A stretch of 61,707 bases of DNA. Origin: a virus. The stretch is from IMG/VR virus record IMGVR_UViG_3300031673_000039, positions 1 to 61,707 of that record; one strand, given 5' to 3'. The notes below the pieces were generated by a model. That model was not told the origin of the DNA. It was given only the letters and a program-made list of their open reading frames with translations, and did no database searches. Shown piece after piece: positions 7,202 through 16,384 of the stretch (position 1 is the stretch's first letter; every line of letters starts with the position of its first letter). A program made the translations under genes and the position numbers.

Positions 7202-10200
7202 CACGAGCTTCACCCTCTGCCCAGCCTGCGAAACTGAGCGCACGACAGCCTCTTTCGTCGGCGAAGTGTGCAACTTCTGCTACGACAAAGGTAAAACCGC
7301 CCCTGTTTCGGAGCCAGAAACCCCTCCAGGGCCGGCCAGGAAGCCCCGTCGCAAGGTCGGCGTCTCTCCGCAGGCGCCAACACCGCCCCAAGCGCCGGCA
7401 AACGCCTCGGAAGAGCCCTACACCGCCCCGCAGTTCGACGACAAACAGGCCAAAGCCAACCCCCAGGCCGAGCTGGCCAACCGAACCCTCGCTCGACGCC
7501 GCTTGCTACCCTTCATTCAACGCTTTCGACCGAAATACGACGCGGGTTGGGTCCACAAGGACATCTGCCGACGGCTGGAGCGGTTCAAGCGCGACGTAGA
7601 GCTTGGAAAGGAACCTCGACTCTTGTTGATGACACCTCCGAGACTTGGAAAGTCAGAAATTGGCAGTCGGCACTTCGCCCCGTGGGTGCTAGGGGATCAC
7701 CCCGACTGGGAAATCATCGCCGCCAGCCACACAACGTCCCTCTCGCTGAGCTTCTCGCGCTATATTCGCGACCTGTTGCGTGACCCGGCCTACCACGCCG
7801 TGTTCCCTCTATGCGTGCTCGATCCGAACAGTCAGTCGACGGAGAACTGGAACCTGACAGCCGGCGGAGGCTACCTTGCAGCAGGCGTGGGCTCGGCCAT
7901 CACAGGTAGGGGCGCGCATATCCTTGTTTTAGATGACTTAATCAAAGACATAGAGGCGAGTGATTCTCAGTCCCAGCGCGATAGTATCTGGGAGTGGTAC
8001 ATCTCCACCGCTCACTCGCGCCTCGCCCCCGGCGGCGGCGTGCTGGGAATTATGACCAGCTGGTCGGAAGACGACTGGGCAGGGCGCATTCAGAGTGTGA
8101 TGGCCGGCGGGGAGGGCGACCAGTTCGAGATCGTCCGCTACCCGGCGATCAACGAGGTCGGCGACGAGTACATCCTGGCCGACGACAGCATCGTTGAGAT
8201 ACCCGCAGGCGCACCGGTGCCCGCCGACGCTGTCATGACTCGTCCGCACAACTCCGCCCTGCACGAAGCGCGCTACACCCTGCAGGCGCTGCTCAGGAAG
8301 AAGGCGAACTACATCGCCTCCGGATTGAAGCGGATGTGGGACTCGCTCTACCAGCAGAATCCTACGCCGGACGAGGGTATCTACTTCAGCAAGGACATGT
8401 TCCGCTACTACGTGCACGCCCCTCACGCTAGGCACCGCTTCATCTATCAGGCATGGGACTTCGCCATCACCGAGGGCGCGCAGAACGACTGGACGGTTGG
8501 GGTGACGATCCTGCAGGACGAGAACGACAATCTGTTCGTGCTCGACGTCCTCCGGTTCCGCAGCGCAGATGGAAACATGATCGTCGACACCATGCTCGAC
8601 TACTACGAGCAGTGGTGCACCAAGGACGTCGGGTCCTCACTGCTGGGTGTTGAGGACGGGCAGATATGGAAGACGCTCAAGTCCCAGTTCACCAAGCGCT
8701 GCGAGGAACGTCGCATGTACCCGGCCTACGAGACCCTGGTGCCGCTGACCGACAAGATGGTGCGCGCGAACCCGTTGAAAGGGCGGATGCAGCTCGGCAA
8801 GGTCTACTACCCCAAGGAAGCCAGCTGGTTTCCGACGTACCAGCGCGAATTGCTGAGGTTCCCGGCAGGGAAGCACGATGATTGCTTTTCTGACGACACT
8901 ATGGTAGACTGCCCTCTCAGAGCTGTGAGAATGGGCTCGCTGAAGGACGGGGACGAGGTGCTTACTTACGACGGAACCAACGTTATTGTTGGGATTGTCA
9001 GTGACTATCACTGCACAGGGGTAAAACTGTTGCTGGAGGTGGTGCTAGACGACGGCACTATTTTGGAAATCACTCCTGCGCACCCCGTACTCACTTCAAC
9101 GGGGTATGTCTACGCGGGCGATTTAACCAGCGCCAGCCAAATAGTGAGGAAGAACTTATGCAAATTCAGAGATACGGCCTTAAGTGGGGGAAAAAAGGGA
9201 GGGGTTATTACCAGTCCACAACAACCGTCGATGGTAAACGTCTGTGGCTCCATCAGTACGCCTATGCTCGCATTTACGGGGAACAACCTGTGGGCGCTCA
9301 TATCCACCACAAAGACGATAATAAAGATAATAACGAACTGGATAACTTACAGTGCCTCTCAGCTAAAGAACATGCTGGTGAACACTCAGAATCAAGGTGT
9401 GCTCACGGTAGAACTTCAGAGCAACTACTGCACCTCGAGAATATCCGAAGCAAGGCTGCCGCTGCGAAAGCCGGCGCTTACACCAGCCCTAGAAGGCTGC
9501 GAAAAGGTGTTGCACGCAGTCGAACATGCCCCGAGTGCAAGAAAGAATTTACTCTTAAACTTCGCGATAACGACGCTACGATTTATTGCTCACAAAAGTG
9601 CCGTTGCAAGCAAACTAACAAGCACAGTGACGACGTTTATTCGACGCCTATTAAGTGCGAGTATTGCAGCACAGAATTCATCCCCGGCCCCCACGGTGTC
9701 GGGCATAGTTTGTTCTGCTCCGAGAGCTGCCGAGATAAAAAGCGATACGCAGAGAAACATATTTCGCGAAAGTGCAAGTGTTGCGGGGCAACAATGCGGC
9801 TCGCAAAAGGGAACGCCTCAAGCTACTGTCAAACTTGCCGAGAAACAGGCGCCGACAAACACAAGCGCGAATGTTCGGCCTGCGGGCGAGAGGTTCTTTC
9901 CCGCCTACCTAATGGCTCCGTATTCTGCAATAGAAAATGTGCTAACAACGCCCGAAGACTTACGAGTAACCCAGCACGCCACGAGCGATACCGACAGGCT
10001 ATTCGTGAAGGTCGTCTCAGCCCGGAGGACCGGGTTCCAACCGACATATAACTTCGACGTGGCGGGGACGCGAAATTTCCTGATCCACGGCGGGGTGGTC
10101 GTGCATAACTGCATAGACGCCACAGCCTGGGCCGTGCGCCTTACGCTGTCCCGCTCGGCGCCGAAGCTCCCGCAGCCCAAGGAGCTAAAGAGCTGGCGCG

Positions 10201-10250
10201 ACAAGCTGAAGAACCTGGGGCGCGGGGATGGCGGCCACATGTCGGCGTAG
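7152..10250 (+). CDS. terL: Terminase large subunit precursor with an in-frame intein (exteins 7152..8882 and 10110..10250)
   Basis: Walker A MTPPRLGKSE and Walker B ILVLDDLIKD. Nuclease region FIYQAWDFAITEG and GKHDD/CIDATAWA. N-terminal CPAC...CNFC zinc ribbon plus a Pro-rich linker. The exact start is uncertain (GTG 7152 or ATG 7179). Confidence 0.9.
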   Translation: MIASVGSTPMIVPALSDTSFTLCPACETERTTASFVGEVCNFCYDKGKTAPVSEPETPPGPARKPRRKVGVSPQAPTPPQAPANASEEPYTAPQFDDKQAKANPQAELANRTLARRRLLPFIQRFRPKYDAGWVHKDICRRLERFKRDVELGKEPRLLLMTPPRLGKSEIGSRHFAPWVLGDHPDWEIIAASHTTSLSLSFSRYIRDLLRDPAYHAVFPLCVLDPNSQSTENWNLTAGGGYLAAGVGSAITGRGAHILVLDDLIKDIEASDSQSQRDSIWEWYISTAHSRLAPGGGVLGIMTSWSEDDWAGRIQSVMAGGEGDQFEIVRYPAINEVGDEYILADDSIVEIPAGAPVPADAVMTRPHNSALHEARYTLQALLRKKANYIASGLKRMWDSLYQQNPTPDEGIYFSKDMFRYYVHAPHARHRFIYQAWDFAITEGAQNDWTVGVTILQDENDNLFVLDVLRFRSADGNMIVDTMLDYYEQWCTKDVGSSLLGVEDGQIWKTLKSQFTKRCEERRMYPAYETLVPLTDKMVRANPLKGRMQLGKVYYPKEASWFPTYQRELLRFPAGKHDDCFSDDTMVDCPLRAVRMGSLKDGDEVLTYDGTNVIVGIVSDYHCTGVKLLLEVVLDDGTILEITPAHPVLTSTGYVYAGDLTSASQIVRKNLCKFRDTALSGGKKGGVITSPQQPSMVNVCGSISTPMLAFTGNNLWALISTTKTIIKIITNWITYSASQLKNMLVNTQNQGVLTVELQSNYCTSRISEARLPLRKPALTPALEGCEKVLHAVEHAPSARKNLLLNFAITTLRFIAHKSAVASKLTSTVTTFIRRLLSASIAAQNSSPAPTVSGIVCSAPRAAEIKSDTQRNIFRESASVAGQQCGSQKGTPQATVKLAEKQAPTNTSANVRPAGERFFPAYLMAPYSAIENVLTTPEDLRVTQHATSDTDRLFVKVVSARRTGFQPTYNFDVAGTRNFLIHGGVVVHNCIDATAWAVRLTLSRSAPKLPQPKELKSWRDKLKNLGRGDGGHMSA
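8883..10109 (+). mobile_element. Class-1 intein (409 codons) inserted in the terL nuclease motif
   Basis: Begins with Cys (CFSDDTMV). Block B is ITPAHPVL. The C-terminal end is YNFDVAGTRNFLIHGGVVVHN followed by the +1 Cys. It is in frame with terL at both junctions. Confidence 0.85.
9158..10051 (+). CDS. HNH endonuclease with four zinc-ribbon repeats, nested in the intein in the +2 frame relative to terL
   Basis: GAGGAAG-N5-ATG. HNH motif HIHHKDDNKDNNELDNLQCLSAKEH. Four CxxC...[YF]C[SQN]xxC[RA] units. 297 aa. Confidence 0.8.
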   Translation: MQIQRYGLKWGKKGRGYYQSTTTVDGKRLWLHQYAYARIYGEQPVGAHIHHKDDNKDNNELDNLQCLSAKEHAGEHSESRCAHGRTSEQLLHLENIRSKAAAAKAGAYTSPRRLRKGVARSRTCPECKKEFTLKLRDNDATIYCSQKCRCKQTNKHSDDVYSTPIKCEYCSTEFIPGPHGVGHSLFCSESCRDKKRYAEKHISRKCKCCGATMRLAKGNASSYCQTCRETGADKHKRECSACGREVLSRLPNGSVFCNRKCANNARRLTSNPARHERYRQAIREGRLSPEDRVPTDI

Positions 10251-10276
10251 TTTACATTTCCTCAACTCTCTGCTAC

Positions 10277-10296
10277 TCTCTGACAAAATCTAAAGG
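10277..10296 (+). promoter_or_regulatory. Recurrent motif copy upstream of the 10307 gene / portal block
   Basis: CTCTGACAAAATCTAAAGGG in the terL-10307 intergenic gap. Confidence 0.35.
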
Positions 10297-10306
10297 GAGC
10301 ACGGCT

Positions 10307-10660
10307 TTGGGCGAACTGATCATGCTGTTGTTTCACGCGCGAACAGCGGCGCACGTCATGCACTTACGCACTCGCTCCTACGCTACCCACGTGGCCCTGA
10401 ACGAGTTCTACGACGGTATCGTAGGTCTCGCAGACGCGCTGGCTGAGGCCTACCAGGGTCGCTACGGGCTGATTGAGAGCTTCCCCATCCGCTACACCGC
10501 CCACACTGAACCCCTCGACCTGATGGGCGCCCTGCAGAAGCACATTTCCGCCTGTCGGTTCGAGTGCGCAGACCGCAAGGACACAGCCCTCCAGAACATC
10601 ATTGACGAGATCGTCGCCTTGGTAGATTCCACGACCTACAAACTCAGGTTCTTGAAATGA
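10307..10660 (+). CDS. Small helical protein, tentatively Dps/ferritin-like four-helix bundle
   Basis: LLFHARTAAHVMHLRT...HVALNEFYD...ADALAEAY has a His/Glu/Asp-rich helical pattern. Start is TTG 10307 or ATG 10322. The functional call is weak. Confidence 0.35.
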   Translation: MGELIMLLFHARTAAHVMHLRTRSYATHVALNEFYDGIVGLADALAEAYQGRYGLIESFPIRYTAHTEPLDLMGALQKHISACRFECADRKDTALQNIIDEIVALVDSTTYKLRFLK

Positions 10661-10878
10661 TGAGAACACTCCTGATTGATGCTATCAACGGTGTAGGCAT
10701 TCCAACGATGGAGATGGCCGTCGCCTATACAAAACAGGGGACGGCCCGCTTTACCGGGAATCAGCACAACCCTGACTGGGCGTGGGCGCAGGATTATCTG
10801 CGCAGCGCCGACGAACCCACCCTTCAGGCCCTCTATGAAACTCTTCGCACAACCCGCGATGAAATGAGGGACAGCTAA
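10657..10878 (+). CDS. Hypothetical protein (73 aa)
   Basis: ORF with ATGA overlap upstream and TAATG overlap with the portal gene. Confidence 0.6.
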   Translation: MMRTLLIDAINGVGIPTMEMAVAYTKQGTARFTGNQHNPDWAWAQDYLRSADEPTLQALYETLRTTRDEMRDS

Positions 10879-13010
10879 TGCCGATTAACGACGCAGCCGC
10901 CTATGCGCAGTGGGTGAGGTACCAGTATTGTAGAGACCGTGGGCACCTGGCATTCCTTGAGAAAGCCTACCGTTGCGACGAGTTCACCATCGGCAACCAG
11001 TGGGAACTCAAGGACCTCAACGCACTGACCCTGCAGCGCCGCCCCGCCCTGACCATCAACAAGATTCTCTCCACGCTCTCCACCATCCTCGGCGAGCAGA
11101 TCAACAACCGTAGTGAAATCCTGTACCGCCCGGCAAACGGGTCCGAACCAGATACCGCCGAGGCGTTGACCAAGGTGTGGATGCAGATCGCCCAGAACAA
11201 CCAGATGCCGTGGGTGCGCTCCGAGCTGTTCGCGGACGGACTGATCCGCTCTCGAGGCTTCGTCGACATTCGCCTCGACTTCACCGACAGCATGAAGGGC
11301 GAGGTGCGGATCGAGAACCTGAACTCGAAGAATGTGATGATCGACCCGGATGCCGAGGAGTATGACCCCGACAAGTGGATGGATGTGATAACCACCAAGT
11401 GGATGACCCCGCAGGATGTGGCCATCCTGTACTCCGAGGAAGACGCGGAGTACCTGAAGAACAAGGAAGGCAGTTCCTTCATATACGGCTACGACAGCAT
11501 CGAGCGGGTGCGCGACCGCTTCTCAGGGCCGCTACCCATCGCCAGCTACCTCGGCCCTCCCGAGCAGGACGGCGTGCGCAGGAACATCCGCGTGCTCGAC
11601 CGCCAGTACCGCAAGCTCGACAAGCAGCTGCACTTCGTCGACGTGAAAACCGGGGATATGAGGCCCATCCCGAACGCCTGGGACAGGAACAAGATCGCAT
11701 CGGTGCTCGAGAAGAGCCAAGGGAGCCTCTCCACGACGAAGAAGCTGGTCAAGCGTGTGCGCTGGTGTGTCACCGCAGACAACGTACTGCTGCACGACGA
11801 CTGGAGCCCCTACAAACACTTCACCGTGGTGCCGTACTTCCCATTCTTCCGCTATGGCAAGACGGTGGGCGTGGTGGAGAACCTGCTCGGCAGCCAGGAA
11901 CTGCTGAACAAGGTCTCCAGCCAGGAACTACACGTGGTCAACACCACCGCGAACAGCGGGTGGAAGATCAAGAAAGGCACCCTGAAGAACATGTCCATCG
12001 AGGAGCTCGAGCAGAATGGCGCCTCCACAGGGCTGGTGCTTGAGCTGGACGACATCAGCAACGCCGAGAAGATCACCCCGAACGCTACCCCGCAAGGTCT
12101 CGACCGCATCAGCTACAAGGCCGAGGAGCACATCAAGACCATCAGCGCGGTGAGCGACAGCATGCAGGGCTTCGACCGCGAGGACGTCGCCGCGAAGGCC
12201 ATCGCCTACAAACAGCAGCGGGGGGCGGCGGGCATGTCGAAAACCCTCGACAACCTCGAGCGCACGGACTGGATGATCGCCCGCAACGTGCTCGACATCG
12301 TGCAGGAGTTCTACACCGAAGAGCGCCTGGTCACGAGCATCAAGGGGGATGCCTCCCACGAGACCGACGAGGTCACGGTGAACCAGTACGACGAGGTGAC
12401 GGGGGAGATCGTCAACGACCTGACCATGGGCGAGTACGAGATCATCGTCACTTCGACCCCGGCCAGGGCGACGATGGAGGACAGCCAGTTCGAGCAGATT
12501 ATGGCAATGCGCGAGGCGGGGATGAACATACCCGAGCACTTTGCCATCGAGGCCAGCCGCCTGCAGCGCAAGGCGGACATGATCAAGGAAATGGCCGGCA
12601 ATCAGGACTCGCCGGAAGCCCAGCGAGACGCCGCCCTCAAGGCGCGCGCCGCCGAGGCTGCCGTAGTGAAGCTGGAGGCCGAGGCCATGGACAAGCAGGC
12701 CAGCGCGAAGCTGCGCATGGCCCAGGTCGAAAAGACCCTCGCCGAGGCACAGGCCACCGAAGCCGAGATCGGCGCAGGCGACGGCATCGACCCGGCAGCC
12801 GAGCAGCAGGCGCAGACGCAGGATCGAGAGTTCGCGCTGAAGGAAGACGAGCACGCGCACAAGAAAGACCTCGCCGAGCGGGAGTTCGCCCTCAAGGCAG
12901 ACGCCCACGAACACCAGAAACAGCTGGCAGAGCGGAAACAACAAGAGAACGCAGACGCCACAAGAGCGGCCGCGTTCGCACAAGCAGCACAACCCACCAA
13001 AGGAGAATAA
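10878..13010 (+). CDS. Portal protein
   Basis: 710 aa, between terL and scaffold/capsid. C-terminal Ala/Glu/Gln-rich coiled-coil tail resembles the barrels of podovirus portals. Confidence 0.75.
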   Translation: MPINDAAAYAQWVRYQYCRDRGHLAFLEKAYRCDEFTIGNQWELKDLNALTLQRRPALTINKILSTLSTILGEQINNRSEILYRPANGSEPDTAEALTKVWMQIAQNNQMPWVRSELFADGLIRSRGFVDIRLDFTDSMKGEVRIENLNSKNVMIDPDAEEYDPDKWMDVITTKWMTPQDVAILYSEEDAEYLKNKEGSSFIYGYDSIERVRDRFSGPLPIASYLGPPEQDGVRRNIRVLDRQYRKLDKQLHFVDVKTGDMRPIPNAWDRNKIASVLEKSQGSLSTTKKLVKRVRWCVTADNVLLHDDWSPYKHFTVVPYFPFFRYGKTVGVVENLLGSQELLNKVSSQELHVVNTTANSGWKIKKGTLKNMSIEELEQNGASTGLVLELDDISNAEKITPNATPQGLDRISYKAEEHIKTISAVSDSMQGFDREDVAAKAIAYKQQRGAAGMSKTLDNLERTDWMIARNVLDIVQEFYTEERLVTSIKGDASHETDEVTVNQYDEVTGEIVNDLTMGEYEIIVTSTPARATMEDSQFEQIMAMREAGMNIPEHFAIEASRLQRKADMIKEMAGNQDSPEAQRDAALKARAAEAAVVKLEAEAMDKQASAKLRMAQVEKTLAEAQATEAEIGAGDGIDPAAEQQAQTQDREFALKEDEHAHKKDLAEREFALKADAHEHQKQLAERKQQENADATRAAAFAQAAQPTKGE

Positions 13011-13013
13011 CCC

Positions 13014-14006
13014 ATGAACCGCAAAACTCACTCCCTGTTTGCCCGACTGATGGACGCCGCTGACGACGGCACTGCAGGTAGCGCATCCGGCGACGACGAC
13101 GCAGCCGCTATCGCCCGTGGCGACATCATCGCCCCGGCCGCGGCGGCAGTCGAAGAAAAGATCGAGCCGACCGCGGAAGAACTTGCCATCGAGGAACTGG
13201 GCAAGCCCCGCGATGCCGAGGGCAAGTTCGCCAAGAAGGACAAAGACCCTGACGCCTCGCCAGGCCCAATGATCCCCAAGGACCGCTTCGACGCACAGCT
13301 CGGGAAAGAGCGCGAGCTTCGCGAAGCCGCCGAGCGCCGAGCTACCGAGCTGGAAGCCTCGATTGGCAAGGTCCAGCGCAACCTGGACGTGGAGAAAGCC
13401 GTCGCCGACGTAGCTGCGCTACGCAAACAGGAGAGGGCTGCGCTGCTGGACGGCAACGAGGAGAAGGCCGCAGACATCAGTTCCCAGGCGGACTACCTGA
13501 ACCGTCAGATTGCCATCGCCGAGTCCGGTCAGCTCACCGGGCAGGCCAAGGACCAGGCGCTAGAAGACATGCGCATGGAGATGACGGTCGAACGCCTCGA
13601 GGAGAAGTACCCCCAACTGGTGGGAGGGCATGACGACTATGACCAGGATCTGGTCGATGACATCCTCGACAAGCAGAACGGTCTGATGGAGCGCCTGCGC
13701 CTGTCGCCTTCGAAGGCGCTGGCTAAGGCCGTCGAGTCGGTGATGGGGCGTAAAGCGCCTGGCGAGACCGGGGGTGAAAAGACCGGGCTGGGAGCCGCAA
13801 ACACCGGCAGCGACCGCAAAGCAGCTGCCATAGCCAAGAACCTAGATGCCGCCGGGCGCCAGCCGGCTAACTCCAGCGCGGCAGGGATGGACAGTGACAA
13901 GGCAGGTCAGACCGCCCAGACACCGAACGCCAAGGACATGACCGACAAGGAGTTCAACGCACTGCCTGAAGCAACCAAGGCGAAGATGAGGGGGGACTTC
14001 CTGTAA
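13014..14006 (+). CDS. Scaffolding protein (putative)
   Basis: 330 aa, acidic, Ala/Glu/Lys-rich and predicted coiled coil. Sits between the portal and major capsid genes. Confidence 0.65.
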   Translation: MNRKTHSLFARLMDAADDGTAGSASGDDDAAAIARGDIIAPAAAAVEEKIEPTAEELAIEELGKPRDAEGKFAKKDKDPDASPGPMIPKDRFDAQLGKERELREAAERRATELEASIGKVQRNLDVEKAVADVAALRKQERAALLDGNEEKAADISSQADYLNRQIAIAESGQLTGQAKDQALEDMRMEMTVERLEEKYPQLVGGHDDYDQDLVDDILDKQNGLMERLRLSPSKALAKAVESVMGRKAPGETGGEKTGLGAANTGSDRKAAAIAKNLDAAGRQPANSSAAGMDSDKAGQTAQTPNAKDMTDKEFNALPEATKAKMRGDFL

Positions 14007-14020
14007 GTTTCCTTGCAGAG

Positions 14021-14041
14021 TCTTATAATCTCTGATAGAGT
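14021..14041 (+). promoter_or_regulatory. Recurrent motif variant / extended -10-like promoter candidate upstream of the capsid gene
   Basis: TCTTATAATCTCTGATAGAGT (TGaTAGAGT), followed by a roughly 190-nt untranslated leader. Confidence 0.4.
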
Positions 14042-14237
14042 CGCGCTATAACGACTGACCGCCGCTAGTGGTCATCCCCGCCGAGGATTATATCGGCATC
14101 GCGCAGCTGGGTGCGACATCCCAGCCGGTTCGACTCCGTTAAACGCCGTTTTCTCGAACTTTGCCATCGACACAGGCAGACGCAGACGCCGCGAGAGTGT
14201 GTTGGAGAAATCGTCTTTTAACTATAGGAGCCTCACC

Positions 14238-15362
14238 ATGTCAATGACCAACTTCGCACTGCTCACCAACGAGCAGAAAACCACCTGGAGCAAAGACCTC
14301 TGGTCTCAGGCCCGCAACATGTCCTTCGTCGGCCAGTTCCTCGGCGCAGGTTCCAATTCCCTGATCCAGCATGTCACCGAACTGAAGAAGTCCGAGAAGG
14401 GCGCCCGCGCAGTGATCACGCTGCTGGCCGACTCCGAAGGCGACGGCGTTGCGGGCGACCGCACGCTGGAAGGTAACGAAGAGGCGCTGAAGTCGTACGA
14501 CCAGGTGATCCGCATCGACCAGATGCGCTTCGCCAACCGTCACGAAGGCAAGATGGCCGACCAGAAGTCGATCGTCAACTTCCGTACCGAGTCCCGCGAC
14601 AAACTGGCTTACCAGCTCGCCGATCGTATCGACCAGCTGGCGTTCCTGACCATGTCCGGCGTGGCGTACAGCCAGAAGAACTCGGGCGCACCCCGCGTAG
14701 GTTCCGACCTGCCGTTCCTGGAGTTCGCTGCTGACGTCACCGCCCCGAGCGCCAAGCGCTACGGTCAGTGGGACGAAGGCACCAAGTCCATACTGTGGGG
14801 AACGGGCACTGGCGGCATCGTGGCTGGCGCAACCGGCACCGGCGACTACCCCTGCTGGGAGATGTTCGTGCAGGCCAAGGCCTACGCCAAGGACAACTAC
14901 ATTCGCGGCATTAAGGAGAAGGGCGGAGAAGAGACTTTCCACGCCTTCATCACCCCGCAAGGCATGTCGCGCCTGAAGCTGGACCCGACGTACATGGCCA
15001 ACTTGCGCTACACCCAGAGCAACAAGAACGACAACCTCTTCAGCGGCGGCGCAGTCAAGATCGACGGCATCTACCTGCACGAGTTCCGCCACGTCTACAA
15101 CACTCGCCTGGCTACTTCCGGCAGCAAGTGGGGTGGCGCCGGCGCGATCGACGGCCAGCAAATCCTGTTCTGCGGCGCACAAGCCCTGGGCATGGCTGAT
15201 CTGGGCGAGCCCGAGTGGAACGAGAAAGAGTTCGACTACGGCAACCAGCAGGGCATCGAGACCGGCAAGATTCTGGGCTTCAAGAAGCCCCAGTTCTACA
15301 CCCAATACTCGGGCAACACCGTGGAAGATCACGGCGTGCTGAGCATTTACACCGCAATCTAA
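14238..15362 (+). CDS. Major capsid protein
   Basis: ATG at 14238 after TAGGAG. The 374-aa ORF follows the scaffold gene. MSMTNFALLTNEQKTTWSKDLW N-terminus is typical of podovirus coat proteins (called from memory). Confidence 0.8.
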   Translation: MSMTNFALLTNEQKTTWSKDLWSQARNMSFVGQFLGAGSNSLIQHVTELKKSEKGARAVITLLADSEGDGVAGDRTLEGNEEALKSYDQVIRIDQMRFANRHEGKMADQKSIVNFRTESRDKLAYQLADRIDQLAFLTMSGVAYSQKNSGAPRVGSDLPFLEFAADVTAPSAKRYGQWDEGTKSILWGTGTGGIVAGATGTGDYPCWEMFVQAKAYAKDNYIRGIKEKGGEETFHAFITPQGMSRLKLDPTYMANLRYTQSNKNDNLFSGGAVKIDGIYLHEFRHVYNTRLATSGSKWGGAGAIDGQQILFCGAQALGMADLGEPEWNEKEFDYGNQQGIETGKILGFKKPQFYTQYSGNTVEDHGVLSIYTAI

Positions 15363-15422
15363 GGCTGCACAGCACTGGGTCCGGGCGGACTCGGTGCCAA
15401 CGAATTCAGGAGATACATCACC

Positions 15423-15926
15423 ATGGCCAAGAAAATAGCCGCACGCACTGCGCAGGGAGTTCTGTCTGCCGACTTCGTTTTCAATCACAAGGACTGGGTG
15501 ATCGACAGTGCCGATGGCACCAAGAAAACCCTGGGTTCCACCGTCGCACTGTCGGTTGACCCCACTGAACCGGCCCTCACAGGCCCTGTCGCCAACACCA
15601 TCACTTTCGACGCCATCCCACTGCCTTACGGCGCGGTGGTCGTCGGCGGCGAGGTGATCGAGGAGACAGCCTTCGCCGGCTGTACCGCAGCCACGATCCT
15701 GGTGGGCATTGCCGGTACCACCGGCGCCTACCTGGGCTCGACCTCGATCATGCAGGGCGCCAACACGCGCACCCCGCTGTTGATGACCGCAGCGCTGGCC
15801 AGCAACGGCGGCGCGAACGTACGCCTGACCATCGCCTACACCGTGGCCAACGCCACGGCCGGAAAAGTCCGCGTCCGTATCCAGTACGTAATGGACGGTC
15901 GCGGTAACGAGGTGAGCGCAGCCTAA
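15423..15926 (+). CDS. Head-associated protein (possible decoration protein)
   Basis: 167-aa Ala/Gly/Thr-rich ORF directly after the capsid gene, followed by a strong terminator. Called by position only. Confidence 0.4.
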   Translation: MAKKIAARTAQGVLSADFVFNHKDWVIDSADGTKKTLGSTVALSVDPTEPALTGPVANTITFDAIPLPYGAVVVGGEVIEETAFAGCTAATILVGIAGTTGAYLGSTSIMQGANTRTPLLMTAALASNGGANVRLTIAYTVANATAGKVRVRIQYVMDGRGNEVSAA

Positions 15927-15942
15927 TCCTTGGTGGATGTTT

Positions 15943-15968
15943 CCTGGGACCGAAGTCCCAGGTTTTTT
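15943..15968 (+). terminator. Rho-independent terminator after the capsid block
   Basis: CCTGGGAC-CGAA-GTCCCAGG followed by TTTTTT. Confidence 0.85.
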
Positions 15969-15988
15969 GACCTTTTGAGGAGATAGTC

Positions 15989-16384
15989 ATGCCCGAATTT
16001 GTATTGAACCGCAACTACATGTTTGCCACAGGACACGGCCATGTGCTGGAGTTCAAAAAAGGCGAGCCAACCTACGTCCCCCCTGTCTGCGTCAATGCCG
16101 TTGTCGCCATCGGCGCGGTCTGTGTCGACGGCCCGGTGGACGTGCTCGGCAAAGAAGAGGAACCCAAACTGCTGATGAGCCCCGATGACCGCGCTGCGAA
16201 CATCGTGACCGCCTTCAAGATGCTGGAAGAGCGCAGCGGACAACCCGGCTACCGCGAAGACTTCACCGCCGCGGGTCGTCCTGCCAAGAAGGCCGTAACC
16301 GAGTTGCTGGGCTTCCCCATCGACGCCAAGGAGCTGTCCGCTGCGTGGGACGAGTACCTCGCCGCCAAGGGCACTGCTGAGTGA
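15989..16384 (+). CDS. Hypothetical virion-module protein (131 aa)
   Basis: ORF with a GAGGAG RBS in the head-completion region. Confidence 0.6.
   Translation: MPEFVLNRNYMFATGHGHVLEFKKGEPTYVPPVCVNAVVAIGAVCVDGPVDVLGKEEEPKLLMSPDDRAANIVTAFKMLEERSGQPGYREDFTAAGRPAKKAVTELLGFPIDAKELSAAWDEYLAAKGTAE

Noticed and set aside
11928-13031. Long antisense ORFs inside well-supported genes (for example 11928..13031, 14241..15488, 31964..33118, 34991..36109, 45538..46581, 49433..50386)
   Set aside because: These are typical high-GC shadow ORFs. They are Arg/Gly/Ala/Leu/Val-rich and low in complexity, have no RBS, and lie fully inside genes with recognisable motifs or clear operon context on the other strand.
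14127-14137. GGTTCGACTCC, a T-loop-like string in the 190-nt leader upstream of the capsid gene; considered as a possible tRNA
   Set aside because: The flanks cannot form a 5-bp T-stem (only CCG pairs). No acceptor, D or anticodon arms can be drawn.
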